Positions 49,288 to 62,334 of a stretch of DNA of 64,000 bases are shown here, one piece after another (position 1 is the stretch's first letter; every line of letters starts with the position of its first letter). The notes under the pieces were generated by a model. That model was not told where the DNA came from, did not search any database, and was given only the letters and a program-made list of their open reading frames with translations. Origin of the DNA: Malacoraja senta (lineage: Eukaryota); contig CM075989.1 of the NCBI GenBank assembly GCA_038087875.1, positions 12,772,001-12,836,000 of the forward strand, read 5' to 3'. The translations under genes were made by a program, and so were the position numbers.

Positions 49288-49393
49288 CTTTCTGCTTCAA
49301 GGATACAGAATACTTTACGCTCATTCTGTGATAAACTCTGACTTTACGCATGTTCTTTATTAAGCTCTCATTTAGAGCAGCAAAGGAAAGGAT
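49288..49393 (-). CDS. SLC24A1: Candidate alternative SLC24A1 exon (106 nt, phase 0-1)
   Basis: Pyrimidine tract, then aaacag|ATC...AAA G|gtacgt. Open frame ILSFAALNESLIKNMRKVRVYHRMSVKYSVSLKQK. Same phases as exon 55441-55543. Confidence 0.45.
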
Positions 49394-52300
49394 CTGTTTC
49401 TTTGAGAGAATGGGCAGTGAAAGCACGAACACGGAACTTCCTTGTGAACATCTGCAGGAGTTGGAGATCAGACATGGGAATGGGATTTCATTCAACCTCC
49501 ATCTGTGAGCCTGCTGGAGCTCAGTCACCACCCTCTGCATCCAACCTAGACTGGGCCCTCCACCCTGAGATCATTACCTCCAGACCTATGAACATTGTGC
49601 AGACATCTGTCAGGATAGTGGTCATGTGGACTGGACAGTGTCTCTACACCAGGACGTTGGTCAGTACAACTGGCCCCAACAATTCCCAAACTTCATTGAA
49701 CTTGAGGTCAGGATGGTGCCGGTCTGAGTATTCAAACCTGGCCCAAGACCATACCGATCTTGCCATGCTGACATGACAAACTTCAGCAGCTCTGACTTCC
49801 TGGCTATGCCAATTTTATTGCCAGCCAGGTGCCAGGTTTCAGGATTTGTTGGTTCACTAACGTGCAGTCCACACATGTAAAGGTTTGTGGTTCTTTGCAT
49901 TGTGTGAGCATCAGCTTCAGAGCTGTGGATACAGATTGTGAATGGCTGGGGTTCTCTTATCCGTCTCTGAGGTACACAACTGGTCACAGATCCCCAGCCT
50001 ACAGTTTATATATTCCTACTCCTTGTTTTCAATCCAATACCAATCCTCCGTCCACACCAACTAATCCCCACTGCTGTGCATTCTAGTTATGTTAGTAATC
50101 CCTTGTGTGGTTAATTATCAAAGGTTCAACATCAAAAGATTTATTGAACAAGATTTCCCTTTCATCAATCCATACTGATCATGTTTCAATCTTATTACTG
50201 GCACTTCTACTTTAAACAAACATTCCGGTATCTTCCCTGTACTGTCGTAAAGTGAACTGGTCTGCAGTTCTTCAATTCCATCTCCTCCTAAATGGTGAGA
50301 TTACATTAGCCACATTCTAATCTATGTGATCTATTCAACAACCTGGGAATATTTTTTGGAAGTTGACAACAAATGGAGATCTATGGACCGCTCCTTCAAA
50401 ACCCGTGGATCTGACATCTTGATCTCCTGAGCTCTGCAGCTTCCTCTCTGCGGTCTTTAGCCTTTTGTTTAAAATCAGGGCCACCTCTCCCCTCCTCTTC
50501 ATTTTCATCTTCTAAAAGTTAAGAATCCTACAAAATTAAATTTGCACTCTTGCTCACATTGCAGCCATGATTAGAACATTATGCCCTTTTATTTGTTCAT
50601 GTTCTAATTGCTCTGTGCAGTAACATAAACAGCTTTTAGCTTTTATTCAATACCACATTTCCCAGGTCTGACTCAAGTCATAGGTTCGCTCTTATGCTTG
50701 TGTACATTAACCATTTTTGTTAATGTAACCTTTTCACTATCTTGCATTAACCTCCCACTCCAAGTTCCTCTACAGTGGCATGACTCCTAGCAGAAGATGT
50801 TCTACACCTGTGCTGTCAATCCCAGGTTCTCTACATGCAACCACCATCAGAGATGGTGCCTGAAGAATGGAAAATTGCACATGTTCCCTTGATCAAAGTA
50901 TAGGGATCAACCCCAAAACTACACTCCAGACAGTTTATCCACAGTGATGGAGCAAATCCTTGGATCAAGTCTTGGACAGAATTAATACTAACTGGGAAAC
51001 TATAATTGATTAAAGAAAGGCAGTATGGATCTGTAAAAGATTAATTTTGTTTAAATTACTGGACTGACTTTTTGATAAGGAATAAAGGGGGTTGATGATG
51101 TAGGTATTGATTCCTAAAAAGCATTCTTGCAGTGATTGGAGACCAGAGATTAAAGAGTCTGCAGCTACATGGAAATTAGTAAATTGACAGAAAATAAAGA
51201 ATGAAACAGATCAATATAATCTAGAGAGCGCAATTCTAATAGGGATCTAAGAATTGTGATCTAGAGTATATGTGCAGAGCTCTGCAAATGTTTGGGCACA
51301 TCAAGTAAGTGGTTAAAAACACAGGATTTGGGGCTTTGTTAAAAATGAGCACAGGAAGGAAGTTTTGAGAAAACTTTCAACTGATGGCCTCAAGGTCTAT
51401 CGGGTTTAGAGATGGGTGCTGAAGAGACTCGCTGAAATTATCTCAGGATTGAAATTGTGTAGTTCTGTGGATAGATTAGAGGAGCTGGGTTTTCCTCCTT
51501 GGTACAGGGCTGTATGCAAGACGATCGGATGGGGGGATTTAAATTCATGAAGGATGTAAACATAGTGGAGAGAGAGAGAGAGAAACTGTTCCCATTGATG
51601 GAAGGCCCGAGAGGAGAAAGTTAAAGTAGTTGGCAAAATAGCCAAAAATGACATGAGGAAATAATTATTTACATAGCAAGTAATTAAGGCCAGAAATGTG
51701 AAGCTGGAGAAGTGGTGAGGGCAAATTCAAACTCGCTTTCAGAAAAAAGCTGAATAAGTAGTTGAATGGATATGATTTGCAGAACCGTGGGGAGAAGATG
51801 GGGTCTAGGACTAGCAAGACAGCTCTTGGACAAACCCAGTATGGGCTGGAGAGTCGGATAGCGTATTCCTGCAGTAACCGTCCTGTATCTGTGCAGATGC
51901 TGCCCTTGGTCCGTGAGTGACAGTGAGATGGAGTCACTCTGCGGGCAGCAGCCGCTGCAATGGAGCCGACACGGCTCGCTGAGCGCTAACTCATCGCTTG
52001 ATGTTAAGCTGATTGGCTCCCGCTTTGATCCAGCTTTCCTTCAGCTCTCAACAAATCTGATTACAACCCAAGAACTTTCCTTCATCTCACACGCATCCAG
52101 TAGCAGGGACTGGCTGCCTGAGCAAAGCGAGGTTGATGGGAAGGTCAAACTTGGAATTTGCAGAGGGAGAAAAACTCCCAGTAATTAGCAAACTCCAATC
52201 AACAAAATCAATTCCTTTCAGCTGTCTACTGAACTATATCATTGCGAGTTGAGATTTGAAAAAGATTCAGGTCTGTGACTATCGGGGCTTTCCTGACACT

Positions 52301-53615
52301 GAAACTAATGACATTTTATGTTAAGCAAAGAAACAAGTATGCTACATCATTGGGGAGGTGCATTTGAGTTTTTCCAGAAATATGAAAGGAAATTTTAATG
52401 TGGGCCAAAAGTTTAGTTCCAAGACATGTTCAAACCCCAGCTCAAACACTCTGAGAGGGGGATTTGGAAAGAAGGTCAAGGCAAGTTATTTGTGCAAGGA
52501 CCTGACAAAGTTCCTCAGCTCAGGAGCAAGGGAAGGTGTTCCAGAGAAAGGAAAGAGAGAAATGGCAGGAAACATACCAATGTATTAGATTTGCAGAGCT
52601 ACAGTCTGGCCAGTGTGTTGGTGGGTGAGTGAGGATGCAGTGTTGAAATACTAACTGCAGTGTTGCACTTCATTAATCAGCAATTTGTTAATTTACATTT
52701 CTCTCCCTAGTGCTGACAACTGCTTTCATATTGCACCTGTAACATCACACCGATCATTACCGCATCAAACATTGGCAGTGAAATGAGGAAATGGGTCCCT
52801 CTTTAATATCGTGTCTTATGCTTCCTTGATGAAGCAGAACACTGGAAGTCAAAGCTCCAGCTTCCATATGAGGAGCCCCTGAGACTCTGAACGGCACACT
52901 GTCTAAGCAGTAGTGCCAGGGTCCTTAGCAGTGTTTGATTGCAGGCCAAGAATCATTTATTCATCCAACTGGCTATGAGAGAGTTGATGAACAACCAATG
53001 CACAGGGCTTGTGACTATTGGTGAAACTATCAGTGATGTGTCCAGCTGGTATTGACAACTCTGAGCATTAATCGAACTCCGGGGAAGAGAGAAAGTTCTT
53101 TGCTAAGGAAGAAATCCCTCTTCATTCTGTATTGGTTATCATCCCTTTCCACTCTTAAACCTGATGCAGAGTCTCAAGTTGAAATGTTGATATTTCTTTC
53201 CCTCTGTAGATGCTGCTCAACCCGCTGAGTTCCTGCAGCATATTGTTTGAAATTTCTGTATTAGGGAACTTCTGAAGTAGCCTCCCTCTATAATTGGGGA
53301 TTTGATAACATGGGTGACTCCTCTTGAGCCCAGTGTACCAGTGGAAAGGGAAAGAGCAGGGCACTGCTTCATGGGAACGGCACCAGCTGCAGGTCCGACT
53401 TTATCTGATTAGCCTCCAATCTCTGCTTATCTATCTTTGTAAAGCAGAGTTGGTAATCCTGCAGGTGTCAGAGGGTGATTGAGAGAGGAGACTCACTTCG
53501 CTGAGTTAAAAGGCCCCTTATTGATAATATGAAGCTGTTTATTAGGTTATTATGTGACATGGGTAGGGGTCAGATGGATGGAGAGTCGACCCTCCATGTA
53601 ATCACTCCTGGCTGG

Positions 53616-54677
53616 ACAGAAACCCTCTGCAATTGGATCCTCGACTTCCTCACTCTCAGACCACAGTCTGTTCGTATTGGTGGAAATGTGTCAGACTCGA
53701 TAACAATCAGCACGGGAGCACCTCAAGGCTGCGTGCTCAGCCCCCTGCTGTACTCACTCTATACTCATGACTGCGTAGCCGGACATAGTGCGAACTCCAT
53801 CATCAAGTTCGATGACGACACCACTGTTGTGGGACGTATCACTGATGGGGATGAGTCAGAGTATAGAAGAGAGATCGAGCAACTGTCCATATGGTGCCAG
53901 CACAATAACCTGGCCCTCAACACCAGCAAAACCAAGGAACTGATTATGGACTTTGGAAGGAGTAGGATGGGGACCCACAGTCCCGTTTATATCAATGGTT
54001 GAAAGGGTCAAGAGCTTCAAATTCCTGGGCGTGCACATCTCTGAAGATCTTTCCTGGTCCAAGAACACTGATGCCATTATTAAGAAAGCACATCAGCGCC
54101 TCTACTTCCTGAGAAGATTACGGAGAGTCGGTTTGTCAAGGAGGACTCTCTCTAACTTCTACAGGTGCACAGTAGAGAGCATGCTGACCGGTTGCATCGT
54201 GGCTTGGTTCGGCAACTTGAGCACCCTGGAGAGGAAAAGACTACAAAAAGTAGTAAACACTGCCCAGTCCATCATTGGCTCTGACCTCCCTTCCATCGAG
54301 GGGATCTATCACAGTCGCTGCCTCAAAAAGGCTGGCAGTATCATCAAGGACCCACACCATCCTGGCCACACACTCATCTCCCTACTACCTTCAGGTAGAA
54401 GGTACAGGAGCCTGAAGACTGCAACGACCAGGTTCAGGAATAGCTACTTCCCCACAGCCATCAGGCTATTAAACCTGGCTCGGACATAACACTGAACTTT
54501 ATTAGCCAATACTGTTATTTGCACTTTATCAGTATATTGATTCATGTGTGTATATATTTATAGAATGCCTTGTAGTCAATGCCTACTATGTTCTGTTGTG
54601 CTGAAGCAAAGCAAGAATTTCATTGTCCTATCAGGGACACATGACAATAAACTCACTTGAACTTGAACTTGAACTTG
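53616..54677 (+). mobile_element. Young 5'-truncated Rex1/Babar-type LINE
   Basis: ORFs 53529..54002 and 53953..54489: WILDFLT.RPQSVRIG, GAPQGCVLSPLLYSLYT, KFDDDTT (FADD motif mutated), QRLYFLRRL. Tail gacaataaa...(acttga)n. One frameshift. Confidence 0.92.
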
Positions 54678-55440
54678 CGATCAGACTCCATGACCATCCT
54701 CTTGAACATGCAAATATATGAATTCAGAGCTGGAGCCCATTCCATCCCACGAGCCTATGCCACCATTCAATAATTCACGGTCGATGTCCCCTCAACAATA
54801 TTTCTGCTCTTTGCTTATCTAGATCTGTCTACTTCTGCCTTGATAATATTCAATGACCCAGCTTCCATCTACCTTTGAGGAAGAGAGTTCCAAAGACTCT
54901 CAATTCTGTGAGAGAATAAAAATTGCACTTCTCTGTTTTAAATAGGCAACCCCTTGTGTTTAAAAACTGACCCCAGGTTCCAGATTCTCCACAAGGAAAC
55001 AGTCTCTCCTCCCTGGCAAAGTCCGTGAAGATCTAAGGAATGGGAAAGAACAAGACTGGGAGAAATGAGGAATGATCTTAAAATCTTTTACAATTTATTG
55101 CTATTTATTAATGGTGTGTTAAGCCTCCACTAAAATTCTAGTTAAACCTCTGTCCAGTGCAGTGAGAGTCCTTCACAAAGTCAGCCTGGCTAACCACATG
55201 GCACAGTGAACTTTGTGGAAAAAACAATCAATTGTTTTTGGTTAACATCGAAGTAACTTTGCTATTACACCAAAGATTTGTTTTGGCTTAATCTTCTGAT
55301 GGGAAGTTTAGCCGCTATGAAATTTTAATCATAACTCCCTGGTTATAATTAACGGCAAACAGCTCAAGGTTGCATCTTATTACAGGGCCCTGACCTGACC
55401 TGACCTGTTCAGTGTGAGTGACCCGTTACACATGGCTCAC

Positions 55441-55543
55441 CTTCAGTTAAGGGATCGAGTGTGTTGATCATGAGCTGGAATATGGTGCTTCGCAGGGTGC
55501 TGTTGTGTAGAGAGGGTGTGCTGCATCCTTGCGCTAGAACCTC
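55441..55543 (-). CDS. SLC24A1: SLC24A1 loop exon (103 nt, phase 0-1)
   Basis: EVLAQGCSTPSLHNSTLRSTIFQLMINTLDPLTE, the conserved SLHNS...IFQLM..TLDPL motif. Boundaries ccaaag| and G|gtgagc. Confidence 0.92.
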
Positions 55544-55896
55544 CTTTGGATAAACATTAAATAAGAAATCACACTAACATATTTCAAAATATTTATGTCA
55601 GGGATTAAACAAGAACTTTCAACAGTAATTGAACCAAATATATACAAAAATGGAAATTAGGAATAGGAATAAAACCACTGAACTGACTATACCCTCAAAT
55701 CACATTTGCATCTATCCCTGGTTTTCTCTCATCCATGGAAGAGAGTTCCAGAGGGTCTGAATGAACAATGTTCAGCTTGTCTTGGACTTAAATGGATGAA
55801 CTCTTAAGTTAAAGTAACCTCCAAATTCCAGATTCTCCCATAGGAGGAAACATCCTCTCCACATCTGACAAGCACCCTTGGCAACATATATTTCAA

Positions 55897-55928
<32 letters not shown>
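55897..55928. repeat. (TC)n microsatellite
   Basis: Visible dinucleotide run. Confidence 0.9.
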
Positions 55929-55931
<3 letters not shown>

Positions 55932-56369
55932 CTTCTAATTGTTTCTTATTAACAGTTTACAAGATGTATCTGATTAAAGTGTGAGAGATTCTACTGTAAC
56001 CAAGTAATGGCCTACTACAGAACATTCACCTGTCAAAATGCCACAATCTGTTTCACATGAGTGGTATCAAGCAGAATTTGAGTCCAAAAGCTTGGCTAAA
56101 GAGGTAGGTCCATTTAAGGAGGAGATAGAGGTAAAGGGTCAGGAAGAGATTTCCAGAGTCTGGGCTAATTAGCAAGGAGGTAGAAGAGAATAAATAAAGT
56201 GTTAACAAATTGCTGCCATAAAAAAAGTGAGTCTGGGGAATAAGTAATTGAAATGAATTGGAGGATGAATGAAACAAGTGTATAGGATCAGTCTTTATGA
56301 TAGAAAATACAAGAAATAATACCAGAAGTAGCTCTACATTGGGAAATAAAAGGCAAGGAGCTGAGGAAA

Positions 56370-57830
56370 AGTACAATCATCAGGCCTGTGGGACTGAACA
56401 AACTGTTGGAGCAATAAACTGACCAGCTTCTTGGTCCTGACAGACTTCATTCTAGGATCTTAAAAAAGTGATTGTTGAGATAGTTGATGCGCTCTTTTTT
56501 AAATGTTCCAAAGTCACTGGGAAGGCTCCATTGGATTGGAAATGGAAAATGGAACTCTTTTATTCAAAAATGGAGGAAGACAGGACATAGAAAATTACAG
56601 CCTGGTTAGTTCAATGTCTAACATGTGAACCTGTTGTTAAATATGTTAAAGCTGGCATTTAAATCAATTCAGGGTCATCGGCAATGATTTGAAGAAGGGA
56701 AATTGAGTTTGACTGAGTTATTAGAATTGTTTGAAAAAAATAACCGGTGTTGTGGATTAATGGGAAACAGGTGATGTACTATCCAGAAGGCTGCATTACA
56801 GGTTATGATCGGAAAATAAAAGCTCATGATGTAGGAGATAACATAATCGCATGAAGATCGGTTGGTGAAGAGAACCATAGGGTAGAATAAATGAGTTTGT
56901 TCCTGGTTGTCAAGGTGTAAAGAATGGTGTGCCATAGGGACCAGTGCAGAGCCCACAACATTTCACAATTTAGATAAATAACAGGTAGAATTATTGTGTG
57001 AAATTTTCTGATGGATAAAAAGTGTAAAAGTACTTTCCAGAGGGAAGAGAAATTGAATACAATGTAGGGAAGTCATGTTCACTTATGTAGAGCATTGGCA
57101 AGACCAGTCCAGTGCACATTTTTTGCTTCCTTATCTAAAAAGAACTTTGTGCTTTGGAATCAGTTCAGAGAAGATTTACGATGCAGTGCCTGCAATGTTG
57201 TCTTAAGGAAAGGTTAGATAGGCGATTCTCGTATTTATTGGACTTTAGAAGAGTGAGAGGGATGTCACTGGAAACATACAAGATCCTGAGGGTAGACACA
57301 ATAAGTTGGAGTAACTCAGCGGGACAGGCAGCATCTCTGGAGGGAAGAAATGGGTGACATTTCGAGTCAAGGCTCTTCTTCAGACCGGAAACGTCAACCA
57401 TTCCTTCTCTTCAGAGATGCTGCCTGTCCCCGCTGAGTTACTCCAGCTTTTTGCGTCTATCTTCGGTTTAAACCAGCATCTGCAGTTCCTTCTTACACAA
57501 GATCCTGAGGGGTTTAACAGGGTAAACATGGACAAGTGAGAGAATCTTGAACTTGGGGTCACTGTTTACAAGTAAAGGGGTCCCCACTTAAGATAGAGCG
57601 GAGGTGAATATTTTTCTCTCAGAGGGTCAGGTGTGTTTGGAATTCTTTTTCTCAAAGGGTGGTGGTGACAGGGTCTTTGAATATTTTTAAGACTGAAATG
57701 GTTTTAATAAGCAAAGGGTTGAAAGGTTGCCACTGATAGATGGCCTGTAAAGCGGAGGTTATAATTAGATCAGCCACGATTTTAGTGACTGGTGAAGGGG
57801 TCTGAGAGACAGAATGCTTCCTGCTTGTAA
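56370..57830 (+). mobile_element. Degenerate CR1-type LINE with nested fold-back insertion
   Basis: CR1 ORF2 remnants (aattacagcctggttagt; ESVQRRFT; ETYKILR|GFNRV split by the insertion). Confidence 0.75.
57293..57496. mobile_element. PLE-derived fold-back insertion with hammerhead core and perfect 15-bp TSD
   Basis: TSD acaagatcctgaggg at 57278-57292 and 57497-57511; inverted arms. Minus-strand core CTGAAGAAGAGCCTTGACTCGAAATGTC at 57356-57383. Confidence 0.85.
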
Positions 57831-58190
57831 TTTGTCAATCTCTGAGGCAATGTCTTCATTCTCTTTACTTTTCCTGCAATCCTTCTCAACAAGCATAACG
57901 ACATTGTGTCCTAATACCCCATAGCTGAGGACATTTGGAGTCTACGGCTTAACAATACTCCGTTAGATTGGAATAACAACCTGGTTGATTCTGAGAATCT
58001 ATTTCCTTTTCCATCTTATCAATAGGGAAATCTGACTGTGATGGATTGTAGAGATGAGCTTTAGTCCATGAAACCACGATTCTTTTCGTAAATTATCTAA
58101 AGCCATTTATTACACGAACCAAAAGCTATATCTGTTTTGCATGGTGTTTCTACGTATTAATTACTGGATTCTGTCTAGTTGGACTTTTAC

Positions 58191-58244
58191 CTTGACCCTG
58201 GTATTATCACTTGGTTCTTCATCTTTGAGATCAATATCAGTGTT
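58191..58244 (-). CDS. SLC24A1: SLC24A1 54-nt exon (phase 0-0; NAGNAG acceptor allows 57 nt)
   Basis: NTDIDLKDEEPSDNTRVK|gtaaaa. Same length and position as the 18-aa exon of mammalian NCKX1 (...DNKKLK). Confidence 0.75.
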
Positions 58245-59219
58245 CTTCTTCATGCAAGAAAGAGAAATTGAAAATTATTCACCATGCAAATGTTTCACAA
58301 CACTGACTTCCATAAAGATTTGAATGGTAAATTGTGACAGATTAGATCTTTAGATACAATCCCACCCCAATTATGACTTTCTAAATCTTCATAAGCAAGT
58401 GACCATTCTTTCATTATTGTTCACTTGTATGATCACACCTAGGCCATAGAATTTTAAGAAACAATACACATTGCTAAACACAATGATATCAGGACTGGTG
58501 CTCACAGACTTGGTCAGTGAGGAAGCTTCCGAGGACACTCTTAAAGTCGGAGACCAAGCTAGAGCAGTTTGGGAAGTGTTCCAGTTACATTTGAAAAAAA
58601 GATAGTTTTCAGGAGACACAAAAAAACTGGCGTTGTCGGAATCTGGAGCCAAAACAAAATTGAAGTGCTGGAGGAACAAGTGTTTGATGTGTGTAGGGAA
58701 ATGTACAGATGACATTTCTCTTTGGGACCTTTTTTTGTGTTTATTTTCAGTCTTTCCACGGAACTCCCTTTTCAATCTGCACAGAACTCTCACGCAGAAA
58801 ACCAGAAACCACCTCAAACTGATGGGTTTGAGTCAGGTCTGCTGGTTAATTGGAGAGAGGAAGATCAGTTATTTTTTACCATGTTGTTTTAGTTTAATGT
58901 TTTTTGTTACTTCCAGGTGTTTTAATTAATTTTAGATATTTATCAGAAAATAAAGTAAGTCATAATCTTTTTCCGTATTTAATTACATTTTCAAAGAAGT
59001 TGAAATTACTCACAAACAAAGCTCCACCCCCATCTTTGCTGCCTGTCAAACTCCATCTGTGTTTAGGGGAAGGGGCCTCTATATGACTCCACCCATTCAG
59101 ATATTCAGATCTGGCTGTGTGAATGGAGGGGCAGGCAGTTAGTGAGCCCAGCCCTCTCCCACTGGCCCAACAAATGTTGGGATGGGATGGCAAGCAATGA
59201 TTCCAGGTCATGGAGACTC

Positions 59220-59890
59220 ATGAGACAACACCAATGCTCTGCCAACACTCTAATTCATCTGGCAGAACTTGCTCTCACCCTCAACAACGTCTCTTTCGAT
59301 TAATCCCTCTTTCTACAAATCAAAGGAATAGCCATGAGCACAGCTATGCCAATCTTTATATTGGCTACAGGGAATAGTCCTTGTTCCAAATTTACTCTGG
59401 CACCTATCCCCATCTCGTTCTCTGCTACACTGACAGCTGCGTTGTTGCTGCTTCCTGCACACGTTAGGATTTTACCATCTTTTCCCCCAACCCTGCCCTC
59501 AAATTCACCTGGTAAAAGGTCCAACACCTGTCTCTATATCTCCTCTCGAACCTCCATCCAAGGAAAATGAGGTCTTTCCAGGTGAGGCAGAGATTCAAGT
59601 GTACTTCCTCTAACCTGGCTGATTGCATTTGGTGACCTCATCTACAATGGTGGGACCAAGCGCATACTAGATATGGTGGACCTGACCTGAGGGCAGACAT
59701 CTTGAGCTTCCACTTACATCTCATTCCAACTTCCTTTCCCATTTCCACACCCATCTTTCCTCAGTTTTGCATACCCACATTTTTTCGCAGCCAGGATGAG
59801 GACAAATGCAAACTAGAAGAACAACACCTGATATTCCACTTGGGAAGCCTACAGCCCAATGGTATGAATGTTGATTTTTCAATTTAAGGA
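59220..59890 (+). mobile_element. Penelope-like element remnant (RT and GIY-YIG C-terminus)
   Basis: LAELALTLNN..., LQIKGIAM (PLE RT) and ORF 59702..59887 KLEEQHLIFHLGSLQPNGMNVDFS. Confidence 0.75.
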
Positions 59891-61114
59891 TCCCTGATCC
59901 TATTTTGTTTCTTTCCCACTCTTTCCAGTCCACACGGGGTCTCACTCCCTTTGTTCACCTTTTTCATCACTCCCCCTCTCCTCTCTCATTACCAAGATTC
60001 ATCTCTCTCCCCCTCCTGGTTCCATTTGGCCATCATCATCCCTTAACTGGTTCCACCTAAAATCTCTCTGACCTCCTTATGTCAGCTATCTCCCCTCTAC
60101 ACTGTCAGTCTTAATGCAATGTCATGACCCAAACAGTCTGCTGTGTACTTCCTCCAGTCTCTTGGCTCCAGATTCCAGGCTGTTTCCTGGATGCACTGGG
60201 TTCTTTCTTTGCAATCTTTCGTTGGGGAAGTTTTCTGTACGTCACTACAAGATGTTAAATAGGTAGACAATTTCCAGGTGGTTGAGTGGTCACAATGGTC
60301 ATGCTTTCTCTTTTAGGTAAATGGAGGGGTGATATTTTACACAAAATATGCACAACTGGTATGGTGAACTAAATACTTTAAATTAAGGCCGTGTGTGTCC
60401 ACAATACTTAATCTCTCTCTTTTCACAGGCTCATGTGCAAAGCTCCACAGCAATTAGTTTAAAATGGGTCAAGGTAACACAGGATTAATCAGAGTGAATT
60501 ATGAACAGGGTCTGTGAGATGAGCTACCGCTGGAGGTTACTCAAGGAAGGAGAGCAGACACACACTGCCACAGCCTGGGACATTTCCTGTCTGCACTTCC
60601 TGTCATTACCGTAACAAGGGACCCATTTTAAAGAAAAGGTAATAACAGGGACTGTCAGCAGACTGGTTACTGACAGAATTGAATGAGCAGCGTGCATGGA
60701 GGTTGCAAAATAATTTCAATGGCATACAAATTTGCTGGTTGCTCTAAAGTGTGTATGCTGTTGAGAAACAATTTGCAAGTGTACTCAGAACAGAAGTTCA
60801 TTGTTGGAGTCTATCAAACACATTGTCGTGGAGGTGGAGTTGGAAGCGAGGTTACCAAAGCCTTCTGTTGGAACAGCCAGTGTTCCAGCTCAACTTCTCT
60901 CCAACATAATGTGTAATTCCAACCTTTAGACATAAAGTAGTTTAAAAGAACAAAGGGTAGAGGAAGAATGATTGACTCCTTGGGCATGGGATTTATGCAT
61001 GCTTAACAAAAGTACCCCACATCTTTGCAGGAAATGAAGAATGCATGTGGCTGAAAAAGGGTCCTTCAGCAGATTTGGTGACTGATGAAGCAACATATTA
61101 GCTGTATGAAATAA

Positions 61115-62320
61115 GTGCTGGGCATACTCAGCAGGGCAAGCAGTATCTGTGGAAAAAGAAAGAGTTGTGTTTCAGGTTGAAGCTCTTTGTTATAACTGGG
61201 AAAGAGGGAGACCAAGTCTACAAACCAATTCCTCACTTTCCCAGTTCTGATCAAGTTCTTTGACCTGAAGCATTAACTCGCTTACCTCTTCCACAGATTC
61301 TGCCTGAGCTGCTGTGTGTTTCCAGCATTTTCTGATTTTTTTTAATTTCCCTTTACGGAAGAATGCTGGAACTGCTCAGCTACTTGAACAATGAACATCG
61401 ACAGAGAAAGGGCTGATATTACAGCTGAAACCTTACAGCAGAGCTGGCCAGTCCTGATACAGAAGAAAAGCATGTTTTTCGAGATGATTAAACTCATCAT
61501 TGAGTCCCAAGAGCTGCAACATGCCCATGGGGAAGATGAGGTGTTGTTCCTCAAGCTTGGGCCTTGGAGCAGTGCATGAAGCCAGAGATTGAACAATCAG
61601 GATGGGAATGGATGGAGAAAGCTGGTGACAGGGAACTAGAAGCTCAGAGTCACCCCAATGATGCCCTGTATTTGGCATCTCCGACTTCTAATGTCCTCCA
61701 CCACTTTGCCAACTGGCTCATCTTTGCCATGGATGTCCAATCACTCTTTATCTCCATCCCAGTCCTGAAGAGTCTGAGAGCCCTTCTGAATCAGTCCCCA
61801 CAATTAACTACTTCTCCTTCAACTCCACTCACTTTCTCCAAATTAAATGTGAAGTGATGTGAACTTGTACTGCCTGAGCTACTAGTGTCTTTATCTGGGA
61901 GACGTGGAGCAGTCCTTGTTTCAGTCCTATTTTGGTCCCTACTCTTATTCTAATGCACTGGTGTGGCTTACTTTGCAACTTCTGTCAGTTCCAACAAGAT
62001 TCCATTACCACACATATTCCCCACCCCTCTCCTTTCAGCCCTCTAGTTGTGACTCTCTGATGTGTTCTTCCATCCCCATCTACCTCTCCCTGTCGTATGC
62101 TACTTATCCTTGTCATTGCTGTTGCACCTCCCATAATTTCATATTTTCCCTTCCTAACATCCAGGGACCTTATCTGTCTTTTAGATAAGACAGCGATTCT
62201 TGCACATCTTGCATTTGAGTGTACCAGTGGAGAACTAGCGCTCAGACTGCAGGGGCAGACCTGAGCATACTGTTCCATGCCACTGAAATTATTAATTCCA
62301 CTTCACTCTGACCTCTTTAT
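61115..62320. mobile_element. Cluster of Penelope-like remnants in both orientations
   Basis: Fold-back terminal repeat at 61115-61335. ORF 61433..61678 KLEEQHLIF (-), and LIFAMDVQSLFISIP (+, PLE RT motif). Confidence 0.65.
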
Positions 62321-62334
62321 CTACTGTCTCTACA

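Noticed and set aside
53529-54489. Functional reverse transcriptase gene
   Set aside because: 5'-truncated, frameshifted near 53995, and the catalytic FADD motif reads FDDD.
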